A model generated the notes under the pieces. The model had not been told where the DNA came from, searched no databases, and was given only the letters and a program-made list of their open reading frames with translations. From the IMG/VR virus record IMGVR_UViG_3300014864_000003: DNA of 50,546 nt. One strand, 5' to 3'. Of the stretch, positions 9,668 to 17,888 are shown piece after piece. A program made the translations under genes and the position numbers. Within the stretch, counting starts at the first letter, position 1. Each line of letters starts with the position of its first letter. The stretch is from a virus.

Positions 9668-11442
9668 TGCCGCAGCCCGTCCTCTTTGACCTTCAGGTCA
9701 ACGTTGAACACGCTCGCGACGCCGCCCGCCGTAAGTTTGCCGCACAAATCTGCCCAATACGCCGTGCCGCGATATCCCCCTCCGTTAAGTTTTAAGGACA
9801 GCGGAATGTACTGGCCGACATTACCGCCATTTGTCGTTTGCGGCGTGCCTTGTGTCCATATCGTCGTCCCGCCGCCAGTCACGCAATTCTGCCCGTTCGT
9901 CGGCACAGCCCCATACCCCACTACGATCTTGTACTGAACCCCATTGCTAGCCAAACTATTAGACGTTACGAGGTTCGCCACAATATCAAGTACACCACTA
10001 GACCCGGGCGTAAATGTCGTGTTCAATCCCATAAAGGTAAAGTTTGCCGCTGACGTGGGAGCTGCCGGGGACTGGTTTGCAACCTCGACGGTAATCGGCA
10101 CCTGGCTGGCCAGATAATTGCCATAAATCAAGTTATTGCCGTCCGGCGTAATCTCCTTGATACAATTGGCCGGCGTCCCGAAATTGCCGCAATAAAACCC
10201 CGTCACCATTATCGGTTTGGTGCCGCTCTCGATCTGCACCGCAATTGCCGCCGGCCCCGGCGCCAGCACGTGCCCACCATGCACCGTGCCAGGGAAACCG
10301 GCGCTGCCGCCACCCATCGACACCCCGATATTTGGCCCGGTGCCCCAGTCGATCTGCGGGAAGTAAATCTGCGTCCACGGAGCCAAAGATCGGATGCCGT
10401 ATGTCCCGTACTGACCCCACAAATGCGGCGCAAACAATACTGTGTTTCCCGCGTTGGCTGTCAGGTGAATGCTGGCTGTCGTCGCCGGCCCCACCGCAAT
10501 CAGCCCGTAATGCTGCGTATCGCTGTTGTCGATGTAGATAAGGTTGTCAGGGTACGTCGCAGGGCTCGGGTAAAACGCACCCTCTGCTATGACGTACAAC
10601 CCGAACGTCATCGTCGTATTACAACCAGCTTGCGGGCCGATGTTAAGCCCGCGCCCACCGGCCGCCGGGTTAGCTATATGTACGTTCGTCAACCGCCCAT
10701 GCGCCGAGCACACGAACTTCATCACGTCGGCCGCCAACGTGTTGCCGTCGAACCCGATATCGCGGAACCCTGCGCCCCGGCTGAAGCCCTCCGAGCCGTT
10801 GACCAGTACCGGCATCGGCGACAGGGCGCAGACCTGACTGGCCTCGCGCCCGGCGCCTTGCGTATCGATCTGGTAAAACCCCGGCGCCGTATTGATCTGG
10901 CTCGCAGCGCCCCAGCATCGGATCTGCGGCGTGTTGGGCTGCGGCTTCGGTAGCGGCGGGAAATACACATAACCCTGCTGGCCGCCCGCGTCGGTTTGCT
11001 GCGCCGCCTGGAGGTAGGCCGCGTTGATCGCCGCGCTGTCGTCGGTGCCCCAGGTGACGTACTGGCTCGATGCCGCTAGTGTTTGGCCGGCAGGCGCCGC
11101 CAAGGTCAGGTGAGTGGCGTCCGTGACCCCGCTTATCGTTGTCGCCAAGGGTGTCGTCGCGGTGGAGCCGGCATTGAGGATCACAATCCGCTTGCCCACA
11201 TCGGCTGCCGCGAAGGCACAGCGGAAGTTACCCGGCGCCACCGTCACGGCCGCACTCGACGCCGTGCTGGTGACCAGGCATGGCACCCGCATGGCATCGC
11301 CTACCGCGCCAAAATCCTTGACGCTGATCATGCCGGTGTCCAGGTTCCGCCTCGCCTCCGGCAGCTTCGCATTGCTCGCGTCCGGGTACATGTCCGCTCG
11401 CAACAGCACAAGCGCCAAAAGGCCCGCGGCAACCCGTCTCAC
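9664..11442 (-). CDS. Tailspike, pectate-lyase-superfamily-like (592 aa, GTG start)
   Basis: GTGA overlap with the upstream stop. The N-terminus shares ADMY.DA.NA.LP.A..NL with the 740-aa protein. It is followed by VKDFGAVGDA, a typical start of a pectate-lyase-3-type domain. Confidence 0.7.
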   Translation of the reverse strand: MRRVAAGLLALVLLRADMYPDASNAKLPEARRNLDTGMISVKDFGAVGDAMRVPCLVTSTASSAAVTVAPGNFRCAFAAADVGKRIVILNAGSTATTPLATTISGVTDATHLTLAAPAGQTLAASSQYVTWGTDDSAAINAAYLQAAQQTDAGGQQGYVYFPPLPKPQPNTPQIRCWGAASQINTAPGFYQIDTQGAGREASQVCALSPMPVLVNGSEGFSRGAGFRDIGFDGNTLAADVMKFVCSAHGRLTNVHIANPAAGGRGLNIGPQAGCNTTMTFGLYVIAEGAFYPSPATYPDNLIYIDNSDTQHYGLIAVGPATTASIHLTANAGNTVLFAPHLWGQYGTYGIRSLAPWTQIYFPQIDWGTGPNIGVSMGGGSAGFPGTVHGGHVLAPGPAAIAVQIESGTKPIMVTGFYCGNFGTPANCIKEITPDGNNLIYGNYLASQVPITVEVANQSPAAPTSAANFTFMGLNTTFTPGSSGVLDIVANLVTSNSLASNGVQYKIVVGYGAVPTNGQNCVTGGGTTIWTQGTPQTTNGGNVGQYIPLSLKLNGGGYRGTAYWADLCGKLTAGGVASVFNVDLKVKEDGLRQ

Positions 11443-13079
11443 GGCGTGCCCCAGAAACTCTTCTGGTTCTGCTGCAATACCGCGCGCTCAGCCGGCGGCA
11501 CCCCGTAGTTATTCCAAATAACCCCCTCGACGACATTGCAGACGGTGCCGGCCGCGCCCGATATGTAATGTCCGCCAGCCCCTGTACTGATCGCCAGCGA
11601 ACCCGCCGTCTCCGTGCCATCAATCCGCAACAGCGACGAAGCGCCGTTCATCACCCCAATCGCGGCGTGCCACGCACCATCGGTGGCCGCCGCCCCAAAA
11701 CTGCCAAACGTGTTGTTCGCCAACGACCACGCATTGGCACCCGCCGTGCCCATAATCCGGTTGGCGCCGCCACCGACATTCTGATTGATTAGGAAACAAC
11801 TGCCGATACCGCTAACCCGATTAGCCACCACATTTAACGTTATCGCACCTGTCGGTGCCGCCGCTGTCGGCCCCTGTATATACTGCGTGCCGGCAGTCGG
11901 AAACTGCACGCACGGCAGCGTGCCGCTGCAGTTGAAAATCAACGACGGCTGGGCCGCCGCCGTCAGTTGCGCCAGGTCCCTGGCATTACCGGACTGGTCG
12001 TAAATCGTTTTGACAAAACAGGATGTCGCCGCGCAGTGCGCGTTCGCCGCCGCCGTGTCGACCGGGCTGCCAAGGCCAGGGACATAACCCAGGAAGTTGA
12101 TGTCAGTCTCGGCGTTGTCGCTGGCGCGCCGGATGCGGATAGCCGGCCCGGCGTAGGTGCTCTTGAGCTTGCGAAAGCTGTAGGCGCCGGCAGGCGTCGC
12201 GAAAGTGTCCAGCGGCAGCGGCAACCAATAATCCCGCTGGTTCTGGATCAAGGCCACCTGCTCAGCCGCCGTCAGGACATAGTTGTTCCACGCCATCGCC
12301 TCAGCCCAGTCGAACGACGTGCCAGCCGCACTGCCCATCACCGGCAAACCACTGCTAATGGGCGTGGTCAGCGCGCCAGGGAACTGGTTACCATCCACGT
12401 TGAGATTGCTTGACGCCCCGTTCAGCACACCGATCGCACTGTGCCAGGCGTTCTCCGCAGCAGCGCCCGTCAGGGCGGCGCCGCTGTACAACATGATCGA
12501 ACCGGCGCTGGTGTAAAAACTAAGGTTGCCGCCGCCAGCCGGGCTCAATATCGACACGCTGCCAGTCCCGGAAGTGCGCTTCGCCACCCCGGCCAGCGTC
12601 ATCACTCCGGTGCTGGCACTGGCACTGACACTCGACTGCATGTAATCGTCGGCGTCCAACCGCATGCACGGGTGGCCGCCGGTACAACTCGCTACATACA
12701 ACGGCTGTGCCGTCAGCGTCGCTTGCACCAAGTGCCGGTTGCCGCCGCTCTGGTCGTAAACCGTATTGAGGTAACAGGTGGTGGCAGCGCAATGCGTCGC
12801 CGCTACGGTCGTATCGAGATCGCCGCCAGCCGTGGCCGGGATGTCCAGGAGGCCATTATCGCTGGCCCGCCGCAGCTTTACCAAAGGACCGGCGTAGCTT
12901 TGCTTTACCTTGCGGAAGCTGTATGCCTCCAAAGGCGCGCTCGCAATGCCGTCCACCACCCCGCCGGACGGCAAGATCCGATGCCCGCGATACGGCGCGT
13001 GCATCCGCGCCTCGGCCGCGCCGACCGTGGCCAGCAGAACCGCCGCCAGCGCCCCTATATATAAAGAGTGCCGGCGCAC
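11439..13079 (-). CDS. Tail-module protein with tandemly duplicated ~260-aa domain (546 aa, GTG start)
   Basis: Two copies of AYSFRK.K..YAGP...+RRASDN...DI ... HCAAT.C...T+YDQSG ... AWH.AIGV.NGASS ... WNNY. The N-terminus MRRHSLYIGALAAVLLATVGAAEA is signal-peptide-like. Confidence 0.7.
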   Translation of the reverse strand: MRRHSLYIGALAAVLLATVGAAEARMHAPYRGHRILPSGGVVDGIASAPLEAYSFRKVKQSYAGPLVKLRRASDNGLLDIPATAGGDLDTTVAATHCAATTCYLNTVYDQSGGNRHLVQATLTAQPLYVASCTGGHPCMRLDADDYMQSSVSASASTGVMTLAGVAKRTSGTGSVSILSPAGGGNLSFYTSAGSIMLYSGAALTGAAAENAWHSAIGVLNGASSNLNVDGNQFPGALTTPISSGLPVMGSAAGTSFDWAEAMAWNNYVLTAAEQVALIQNQRDYWLPLPLDTFATPAGAYSFRKLKSTYAGPAIRIRRASDNAETDINFLGYVPGLGSPVDTAAANAHCAATSCFVKTIYDQSGNARDLAQLTAAAQPSLIFNCSGTLPCVQFPTAGTQYIQGPTAAAPTGAITLNVVANRVSGIGSCFLINQNVGGGANRIMGTAGANAWSLANNTFGSFGAAATDGAWHAAIGVMNGASSLLRIDGTETAGSLAISTGAGGHYISGAAGTVCNVVEGVIWNNYGVPPAERAVLQQNQKSFWGTP

Positions 13080-13082
13080 CCC

Positions 13083-13445
13083 TCAGATCCCGGCGCCCGG
13101 GGTGAGGTAGAGCGTTGCCGTGCCGCTCGCAACAATCCCGGCAATATAGCCTTTACCGCACCCCAAGACCTCGACACTGCCAGGCGCCACCGGCATGCCC
13201 GCAGCCGTGGTCGAGACCACGGTGACATCGCCGCAATTGACAAAAATCGCAACGGTGCCGGCGTTGTAGAGCCTGATCGCGGTATTATAGGTGTCCGAGG
13301 GCACCGCGACGCGGGCCGTAGTGCCGGTCACCGCCAGGCTGACGGTGGCGCCGCTCGCGATAAACGGCGCCTGGCTCAAGGCCGGGGTCTGCCCAAGGCC
13401 CAAACCCAGCCCCAAAAACACCAAAAAGGCGAGGCTTTGTCTCAT
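13083..13445 (-). CDS. Small secreted-type protein (120 aa)
   Basis: Trimmed to ATG 13445 (ATGA overlap with the upstream stop). The N-terminus reads MRQSLAFLVFLGLGLGLGQTPALSQA/PF. Confidence 0.55.
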   Translation of the reverse strand: MRQSLAFLVFLGLGLGLGQTPALSQAPFIASGATVSLAVTGTTARVAVPSDTYNTAIRLYNAGTVAIFVNCGDVTVVSTTAAGMPVAPGSVEVLGCGKGYIAGIVASGTATLYLTPGAGI

Positions 13446-14353
13446 TTCCAGTAAATCCATCCGGGGGCCTCGAAGCGCAGCTGAAGAGCCGCGCCCGGGC
13501 CGTAGGCAGAAATCGGGGCACCAGCGATCGGGGCAGCAGCGGCGTTTTGCAGCGCCAAAATCGCCACGGGGTTGGCGAAGGAGATCTCGACCATCTCGCC
13601 CAAGACCGCCACGGGCAGGCGGATCGTGAGAGATGCGTAACTGCCGGGGTTATTGATGTAGACCGGGCGGGTGTCGGTCAGGATCACGGTCGCCCCGGAG
13701 ACCGGGCTGAGGATATTTGCCGGCACCGGAGGGGCCGGCGCCGCTGCCGCGACCGGGGCCGGCTGGTTGGTCGCCGGCACCCACTGGCTGGAGTTTGGAT
13801 CGCTATAAAAAACAAAGAGTTGGCCCGAAACGCTGTCCCACCACAGCCAACCCGCGCTAGCACCGACAGGGGGGCTGTCCGAGATAATAACGTGAGCCGG
13901 GCCGCCGGGGCCGCCGGGGATGCTCTGGACGATTTCGAGAGCCCGGTGCGCCCACCAGCGCGAAGACCAGTGGTCGCCGGTCACCCCCATGACGGCCAGG
14001 ATGTTGGGCGGGATGGTGTCCGGCATATGCTCGGCCCACTCTGCCGAGACTTCCGCCCAGTCCATCGCCAGGGCGTCAGGGTCGGCGCCCGGGATCGAGT
14101 GGGTCTCGTTACCGCCGAGCACGCCGACCGGGGCAGAAGCCGCAGAAATGGTGGGTTTTGCCACCGGGACTGCGCGCAGCGAGCCGTCCGCGTGGAGGGA
14201 GACGGAGACCCAGTCGATGATCTCGCCGATCGCCCGGTTGATCCGGTCGACCTCGCCATCGAGCCGATCGCCGGGGTGCGGCGAAGACGGGTTGGCGGTG
14301 CTGTGATCGGTAAAAGAGTACCCGCGCCTGGGTTTTAGGGCGACAACGGCCAT
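13442..14353 (-). CDS. Tail fibre/adaptor-like protein (303 aa), first gene of the late block
   Basis: ORF 13442-14548 trimmed to ATG 14353, which is preceded by GGGAGGACAA (strong SD). MAVVALKPRRGYSFTDHS... is followed by Pro/Ala linkers; no signal peptide. Confidence 0.65.
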   Translation of the reverse strand: MAVVALKPRRGYSFTDHSTANPSSPHPGDRLDGEVDRINRAIGEIIDWVSVSLHADGSLRAVPVAKPTISAASAPVGVLGGNETHSIPGADPDALAMDWAEVSAEWAEHMPDTIPPNILAVMGVTGDHWSSRWWAHRALEIVQSIPGGPGGPAHVIISDSPPVGASAGWLWWDSVSGQLFVFYSDPNSSQWVPATNQPAPVAAAAPAPPVPANILSPVSGATVILTDTRPVYINNPGSYASLTIRLPVAVLGEMVEISFANPVAILALQNAAAAPIAGAPISAYGPGAALQLRFEAPGWIYWK

Positions 14354-14878
14354 TTGTCCTCCCGTTGAGTGGCGCACCCTACACGCGGTGAGACAAAAGG
14401 CAAAGGATGCTGTATGTTGTGGGGGATAGGCGAAAGAACCCGACACCCCCCGCCTCTGTGAGAGCACGCGGGGATAAACCCGGACCGGCAACCTCGCCGC
14501 CGTCCCCGCCGGTGCCGGCGGCGCTGTTGGTGGGTCGAAGACCCGCAACCTCGCCGCCGCCCGTTTAGGGCGGTCTAAACAACAAAATCCCCTGCAGGAC
14601 AGGGTTTAAGGGCGAGCCCCTTTGCGCGACCGCGGCGATACGGCGGGGCGGGGGGGTCTTATTTTTACCCGTGGCGGCTCAAACTACAAACTACAACTAC
14701 AAAAGATAAAAATGGGCGAATTTGGTACGAACATCAGTCATGGGTTCGAGGCGCGCGGCCGGGGACCCCCGGGGGGAGGGCGGAAGCCCGGAAGGCCCTG
14801 GTCCTGGATCGGTCAGGACCGGTTCTGAACGGCGCGCTTCCTATGGAAGGAAGTGGGGAGGCAAGGGAAATGAAGGGG
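14354..14878 (-). promoter_or_regulatory. 525-nt non-coding region upstream of the late operon (candidate late promoter/activator sites)
   Basis: No credible ORF on either strand. It has a 15-nt exact direct repeat gcaacctcgccgccg at 14488-14502 and 14545-14559. An A-rich (CAAACTA)-type short tandem repeat lies at 14680-14699, and there are several short GC hairpins. Confidence 0.4.
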
Positions 14879-15223
14879 TTAGGAGACGAGACCTAGGTCG
14901 AAGAGTGTGCGAAGACGGGTTAGCTCGTCCTGGAGCTGATCTCGGGAGAGGGAAGAGAGGGGCGCCGTGGTCCCCTTCTCCGGCGCCGACTGATGACGAC
15001 CGACGAAGCCGTCCATCTCAGCCAAGGTTCGGGCCGCCGTGACCCTTGCGGAGGCTGGAAGCTCTTGATTTTCCAGGAGTTCTTGGAGTTGGGCGCGCAC
15101 TACATAACCGGCTAGATCGGCCCGGTTCTCCCCGGACCCGACAAGTTTGCTCTGATCCTCCCCAAGCTTACCGAGGACAAACCCACGTTTTGTGTTCGCC
15201 TTGGTCCGGCTAGACGTTCTCAT
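14879..15223 (-). CDS. Hypothetical protein (114 aa from ATG 15223)
   Basis: The ORF-track start at 15265 is TTG, so the first ATG at 15223 is preferred. ...ARVTAARTLAEMDGFVG... weakly resembles small-terminase/regulator helices; function unsupported. Confidence 0.45.
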   Translation of the reverse strand: MRTSSRTKANTKRGFVLGKLGEDQSKLVGSGENRADLAGYVVRAQLQELLENQELPASARVTAARTLAEMDGFVGRHQSAPEKGTTAPLSSLSRDQLQDELTRLRTLFDLGLVS

Positions 15224-15632
15224 ACCAATACGCCGTGTTGTGCCGTTTGCCGGGGCGGGCGCCAACGTCGATTGCCTGCCGTTGCACTTGCGCCCAACGC
15301 AACGGTGCCGTGGTTCGCTTATCCCACACCTGAACTAGAGCGAGCCGCAAAGGCGCTCTGATCCCGGTAGGCAAGCCGTTCAGGTTCCGCCACAAAGGCA
15401 AGCTGATCAGATCAAAAGGAAGCAAGCCGGCACGCTCTAGTGCTGAGAGCTTGCGGCTCTCGACACGGCCGGCGCCGCCGGACAATGGCGACCACCGCCC
15501 CAAGTGCCGCGTGCAATGATCCTGCCCGCGCACCGCGACATCACGGCACCGCTTGCACTTACGCTGATCCTGCAACCGGACCTGATGCTTCAGCAACGCC
15601 GCGATGCTGTTAGGCGAGCCGCGCCACGTCAT
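15210..15632 (-). CDS. Hypothetical Cys/His zinc-ribbon-type protein (140 aa)
   Basis: ATG 15632. It is the first minus-strand gene after a divergent promoter region. It carries a KCKRCRDVAVRGQDHCTRH (C-x2-C ... C-x2-H) cluster. Confidence 0.5.
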   Translation of the reverse strand: MTWRGSPNSIAALLKHQVRLQDQRKCKRCRDVAVRGQDHCTRHLGRWSPLSGGAGRVESRKLSALERAGLLPFDLISLPLWRNLNGLPTGIRAPLRLALVQVWDKRTTAPLRWAQVQRQAIDVGARPGKRHNTAYWYENV

Positions 15633-15663
15633 CAGCCTGCGTCAACCTGTCACACCTAAGACT

Positions 15664-15704
15664 ACACAACTTGTGTTGTCCTTGTTCATGTCCTACCGTA
15701 TATC
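15664..15704 (+). promoter_or_regulatory. Candidate early rightward promoter with overlapping ACACAA/TTGTGT palindrome
   Basis: Palindrome acacaacttgtgt at 15664-15676. TTGTCC (15676-15681), 17 nt, then TATATC (15699-15704), about 40 nt upstream of the first plus-strand early ORF. Confidence 0.45.
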
Positions 15705-15745
15705 ACGTCTCGCGACACGACACCACCACCGATAGGACACCACCC

Positions 15746-15901
15746 ATGACAAACCGCGCGACACGTTCCGAGCTGGCTCAGGCGCTGGCAAAAGCCATCG
15801 CCTACCGCGACTGCGGCAAAAGCGAAGCCGCCGCCGAGTGGGCCGCGAAGCTCGTCAAGCTCTTGGAAGCTCAAGACATCCTCCGGCCGGAGTACAGATA
15901 A
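15746..15901 (+). CDS. Hypothetical small early protein (51 aa)
   Basis: ORF 15671-15901 trimmed to ATG 15746, with an AGGA SD 8 nt upstream. Confidence 0.45.
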   Translation: MTNRATRSELAQALAKAIAYRDCGKSEAAAEWAAKLVKLLEAQDILRPEYR

Positions 15902-15902
15902 C

Positions 15903-16205
15903 ATGTCCTATACGATCACTTCCCTTGGCCCGCGCGATCACGTCATCCACATCAACGGTAAGTATGCCGGGGCTGTTTCACTATTCACAGATGGCACCGC
16001 GCGCGGCAAACCGCACGAGGTCTACTGGCTCGCATCGTGCGACAACTTCGATGTTTATCACCTGTATCTTGACGACGCAGTGCAGGCGCTCGTGCGCCGC
16101 CACTACCGCGATCTAACGCATGCTGGCCTTGCCACGCACGAGCAAACCGTTGCCGCCTACTCAGCGCCCTCTAATCCCTCCCACGCAAAGGACACGACAC
16201 CATGA
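15903..16205 (+). CDS. Hypothetical early protein (100 aa)
   Basis: ATG 2 nt after the upstream stop; tightly packed early operon. Confidence 0.55.
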   Translation: MSYTITSLGPRDHVIHINGKYAGAVSLFTDGTARGKPHEVYWLASCDNFDVYHLYLDDAVQALVRRHYRDLTHAGLATHEQTVAAYSAPSNPSHAKDTTP

Positions 16206-16384
16206 CCGACTACACCGTCACAATTACGATCGAGCATCTCTCCGACGGTTCGGAAGTAGCAAACGTGCATTTCGGCGACACGGTTTTTCACGCTGTCACT
16301 GAAGCCGACGCAACAGCTTTTGCTCACTCTCTGGCACAACTGGTTGCTGATCACACAGTCGATTACCTGCATGTAGCTTGGTAG
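16202..16384 (+). CDS. Hypothetical acidic early protein (60 aa)
   Basis: ATGA coupling to the upstream gene. The N-terminus MTDYTVTITIEH resembles that of ORF 17006 (MTKYTVWICE). Confidence 0.5.
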   Translation: MTDYTVTITIEHLSDGSEVANVHFGDTVFHAVTEADATAFAHSLAQLVADHTVDYLHVAW

Positions 16385-16474
16385 ATTACGCTTCGCAGAG
16401 AGGCAGCATTGCTGCCTCTTCACGAAGCGCAATCCCTGCGTCTTCACGACACGACACCCACCGAGAGACACACC

Positions 16475-17002
16475 ATGACCGACCTTAGAGACACCGCAAA
16501 AAGCCTTGTGGCAGACCTGATCCGAGGGGATCGGCTCGACCTTGATCAGCTCCGCGACGACATCAGCGAGGCTGCCGACACTGCCGCCGACAACGCCTGT
16601 ATCTACTATCATTGGTGCGAGGAAATAATCTCGCGCTATGAGAGCGACCCGCGCGCCGACACCGAGAGCGCCGACAACATGGGCGGAAAGTACAAGCCTT
16701 CCGAGTATCAACAGGCGATGCAGGTTTATGCTTATGGCATCGCCCGTTCAATTATCGAAGCGGAGGCTTGCGAGCTAATCGACGAGCTGGAACAGGCGGA
16801 AGAGCACTTGACGGATGTGCTGAACTTTCCCGCGAGCGGTTTCCCGTTCCACCTTTCCGCCGACTGTCCGCACGGGTGGGCGGCGCACGACCGCGAGGAT
16901 GATCACGGCGCGTGCTACTGGGTGTCGCGGCAGCTCGACGGCTGCAACGCCGTAGCCGTCCCCGCCGCCGGGGTGTGGCTATCCTACACGTGGGAGGGCT
17001 GA
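16475..17002 (+). CDS. Hypothetical acidic early protein (175 aa)
   Basis: ORF 16409-17002 trimmed to ATG 16475 (GAGAG...ACACC upstream). Strongly acidic. Confidence 0.55.
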   Translation: MTDLRDTAKSLVADLIRGDRLDLDQLRDDISEAADTAADNACIYYHWCEEIISRYESDPRADTESADNMGGKYKPSEYQQAMQVYAYGIARSIIEAEACELIDELEQAEEHLTDVLNFPASGFPFHLSADCPHGWAAHDREDDHGACYWVSRQLDGCNAVAVPAAGVWLSYTWEG

Positions 17003-17005
17003 GCC

Positions 17006-17224
17006 GTGACAAAATATACCGTGTGGATCTGCGAAGCGGACGGCTCCGGCACGACCCATGTTTCCTCGCACGACGCCAAGGACCCGCAAGACGCCGCCGA
17101 GCAAGCCATCGCCGAGACCCTGACCGACTGGGATTGGACCGACGAGCAGGAGGAAGAGCTGCACGTTCTCGGCATTGCGAAGGGCGACATCGAACTGATC
17201 GAGTGGAACGACATTTCCGATTAG
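17006..17224 (+). CDS. Hypothetical very acidic early protein (72 aa, GTG start)
   Basis: GGAGGG SD 7 nt upstream of GTG 17006. D/E-rich sequence (DWDWTDEQEEELH). Confidence 0.55.
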   Translation: MTKYTVWICEADGSGTTHVSSHDAKDPQDAAEQAIAETLTDWDWTDEQEEELHVLGIAKGDIELIEWNDISD

Positions 17225-17228
17225 AGCG

Positions 17229-17295
17229 CCGCCAGAGGGGCGGAAAGTTCCCGGGTAGGGTAGCCTAGCCCGGGGGCGTTCCGCCCCTCTGGCGG
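17229..17295 (+). other. Large nested stem-loop after ORF 17006-17224
   Basis: Perfect 17-bp stem ccgccagaggggcggaa (17229-17245) / ttccgcccctctggcgg (17279-17295). It encloses an inner cccggg...cccggg hairpin (17250-17274). No U-run follows. Confidence 0.6.
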
Positions 17296-17391
17296 GCTCC
17301 GTATCGCCTCTTTAGGCTGCATGGGTGACCCCAGCGGCCTTTTGCGGTGCCAGCCGTTAGGCTGACGCGACACGATGAAGGAAAACACCAC

Positions 17392-17712
17392 ATGGCAACC
17401 GAAAACGAGATGGCCGGCGCGCGGCAGCTGATCGCCGAAACCCGCTACGAATATTTCCCGACGCGAGAGCCGATGCGCTCACCCGAAAACACCGAGCTTA
17501 GCGGCTGGTTCAACGGTAAGGTCATCCTGAAGGATGGCCGGACGTTCGACGCCGGCGGCGGTTGGGTTGGCGAGCTGAGCGAGCTGGTCGAGCCCTACAA
17601 CTACCGCGACGCCGGCCAGGTCGACGAGCTTGCCGAGGCACTGGGGCTCGACGCCGAGGACACGCTGACGCTGCTGCGAGCCGACTGCCCCAAGACTTGG
17701 AACAATGGCTAA
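17392..17712 (+). CDS. Hypothetical early protein (106 aa)
   Basis: ORF 17347-17712 trimmed to ATG 17392 (GAAGGAAA upstream). Confidence 0.55.
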   Translation: MATENEMAGARQLIAETRYEYFPTREPMRSPENTELSGWFNGKVILKDGRTFDAGGGWVGELSELVEPYNYRDAGQVDELAEALGLDAEDTLTLLRADCPKTWNNG

Positions 17713-17717
17713 CAGCG

Positions 17718-17888
17718 ATGGCTGAAATTTTCGACGAGATCATAGCCGCCGCGCTCTTCATGATGGCCGCGTACGCGCTGGCCTGTGTTCTGGGCTTCTT
17801 CTGCGGTCCCTTGGTTTGGCATCGAAACGAGCCTTACTGGCGCCAGCTGGGGCGCGACCTGCGGTATCTTTGCTGGGGCAAACGATGA
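17718..17888 (+). CDS. Small membrane protein (56 aa)
   Basis: Internal ATG 17718 of ORF 17562-17888. One hydrophobic segment: IIAAALFMMAAYALACVLGFFCGPLVW. Confidence 0.45.
   Translation: MAEIFDEIIAAALFMMAAYALACVLGFFCGPLVWHRNEPYWRQLGRDLRYLCWGKR

Noticed and set aside
14354-14548. N-terminal 65-codon extension of the first tail fibre ORF (track start 14548)
   Set aside because: The internal ATG 14353 has a strong GGGAGGA SD, and the sequence downstream looks like a fibre N-terminus. The extension is Pro/Arg-rich and overlaps the repeat-bearing leader.
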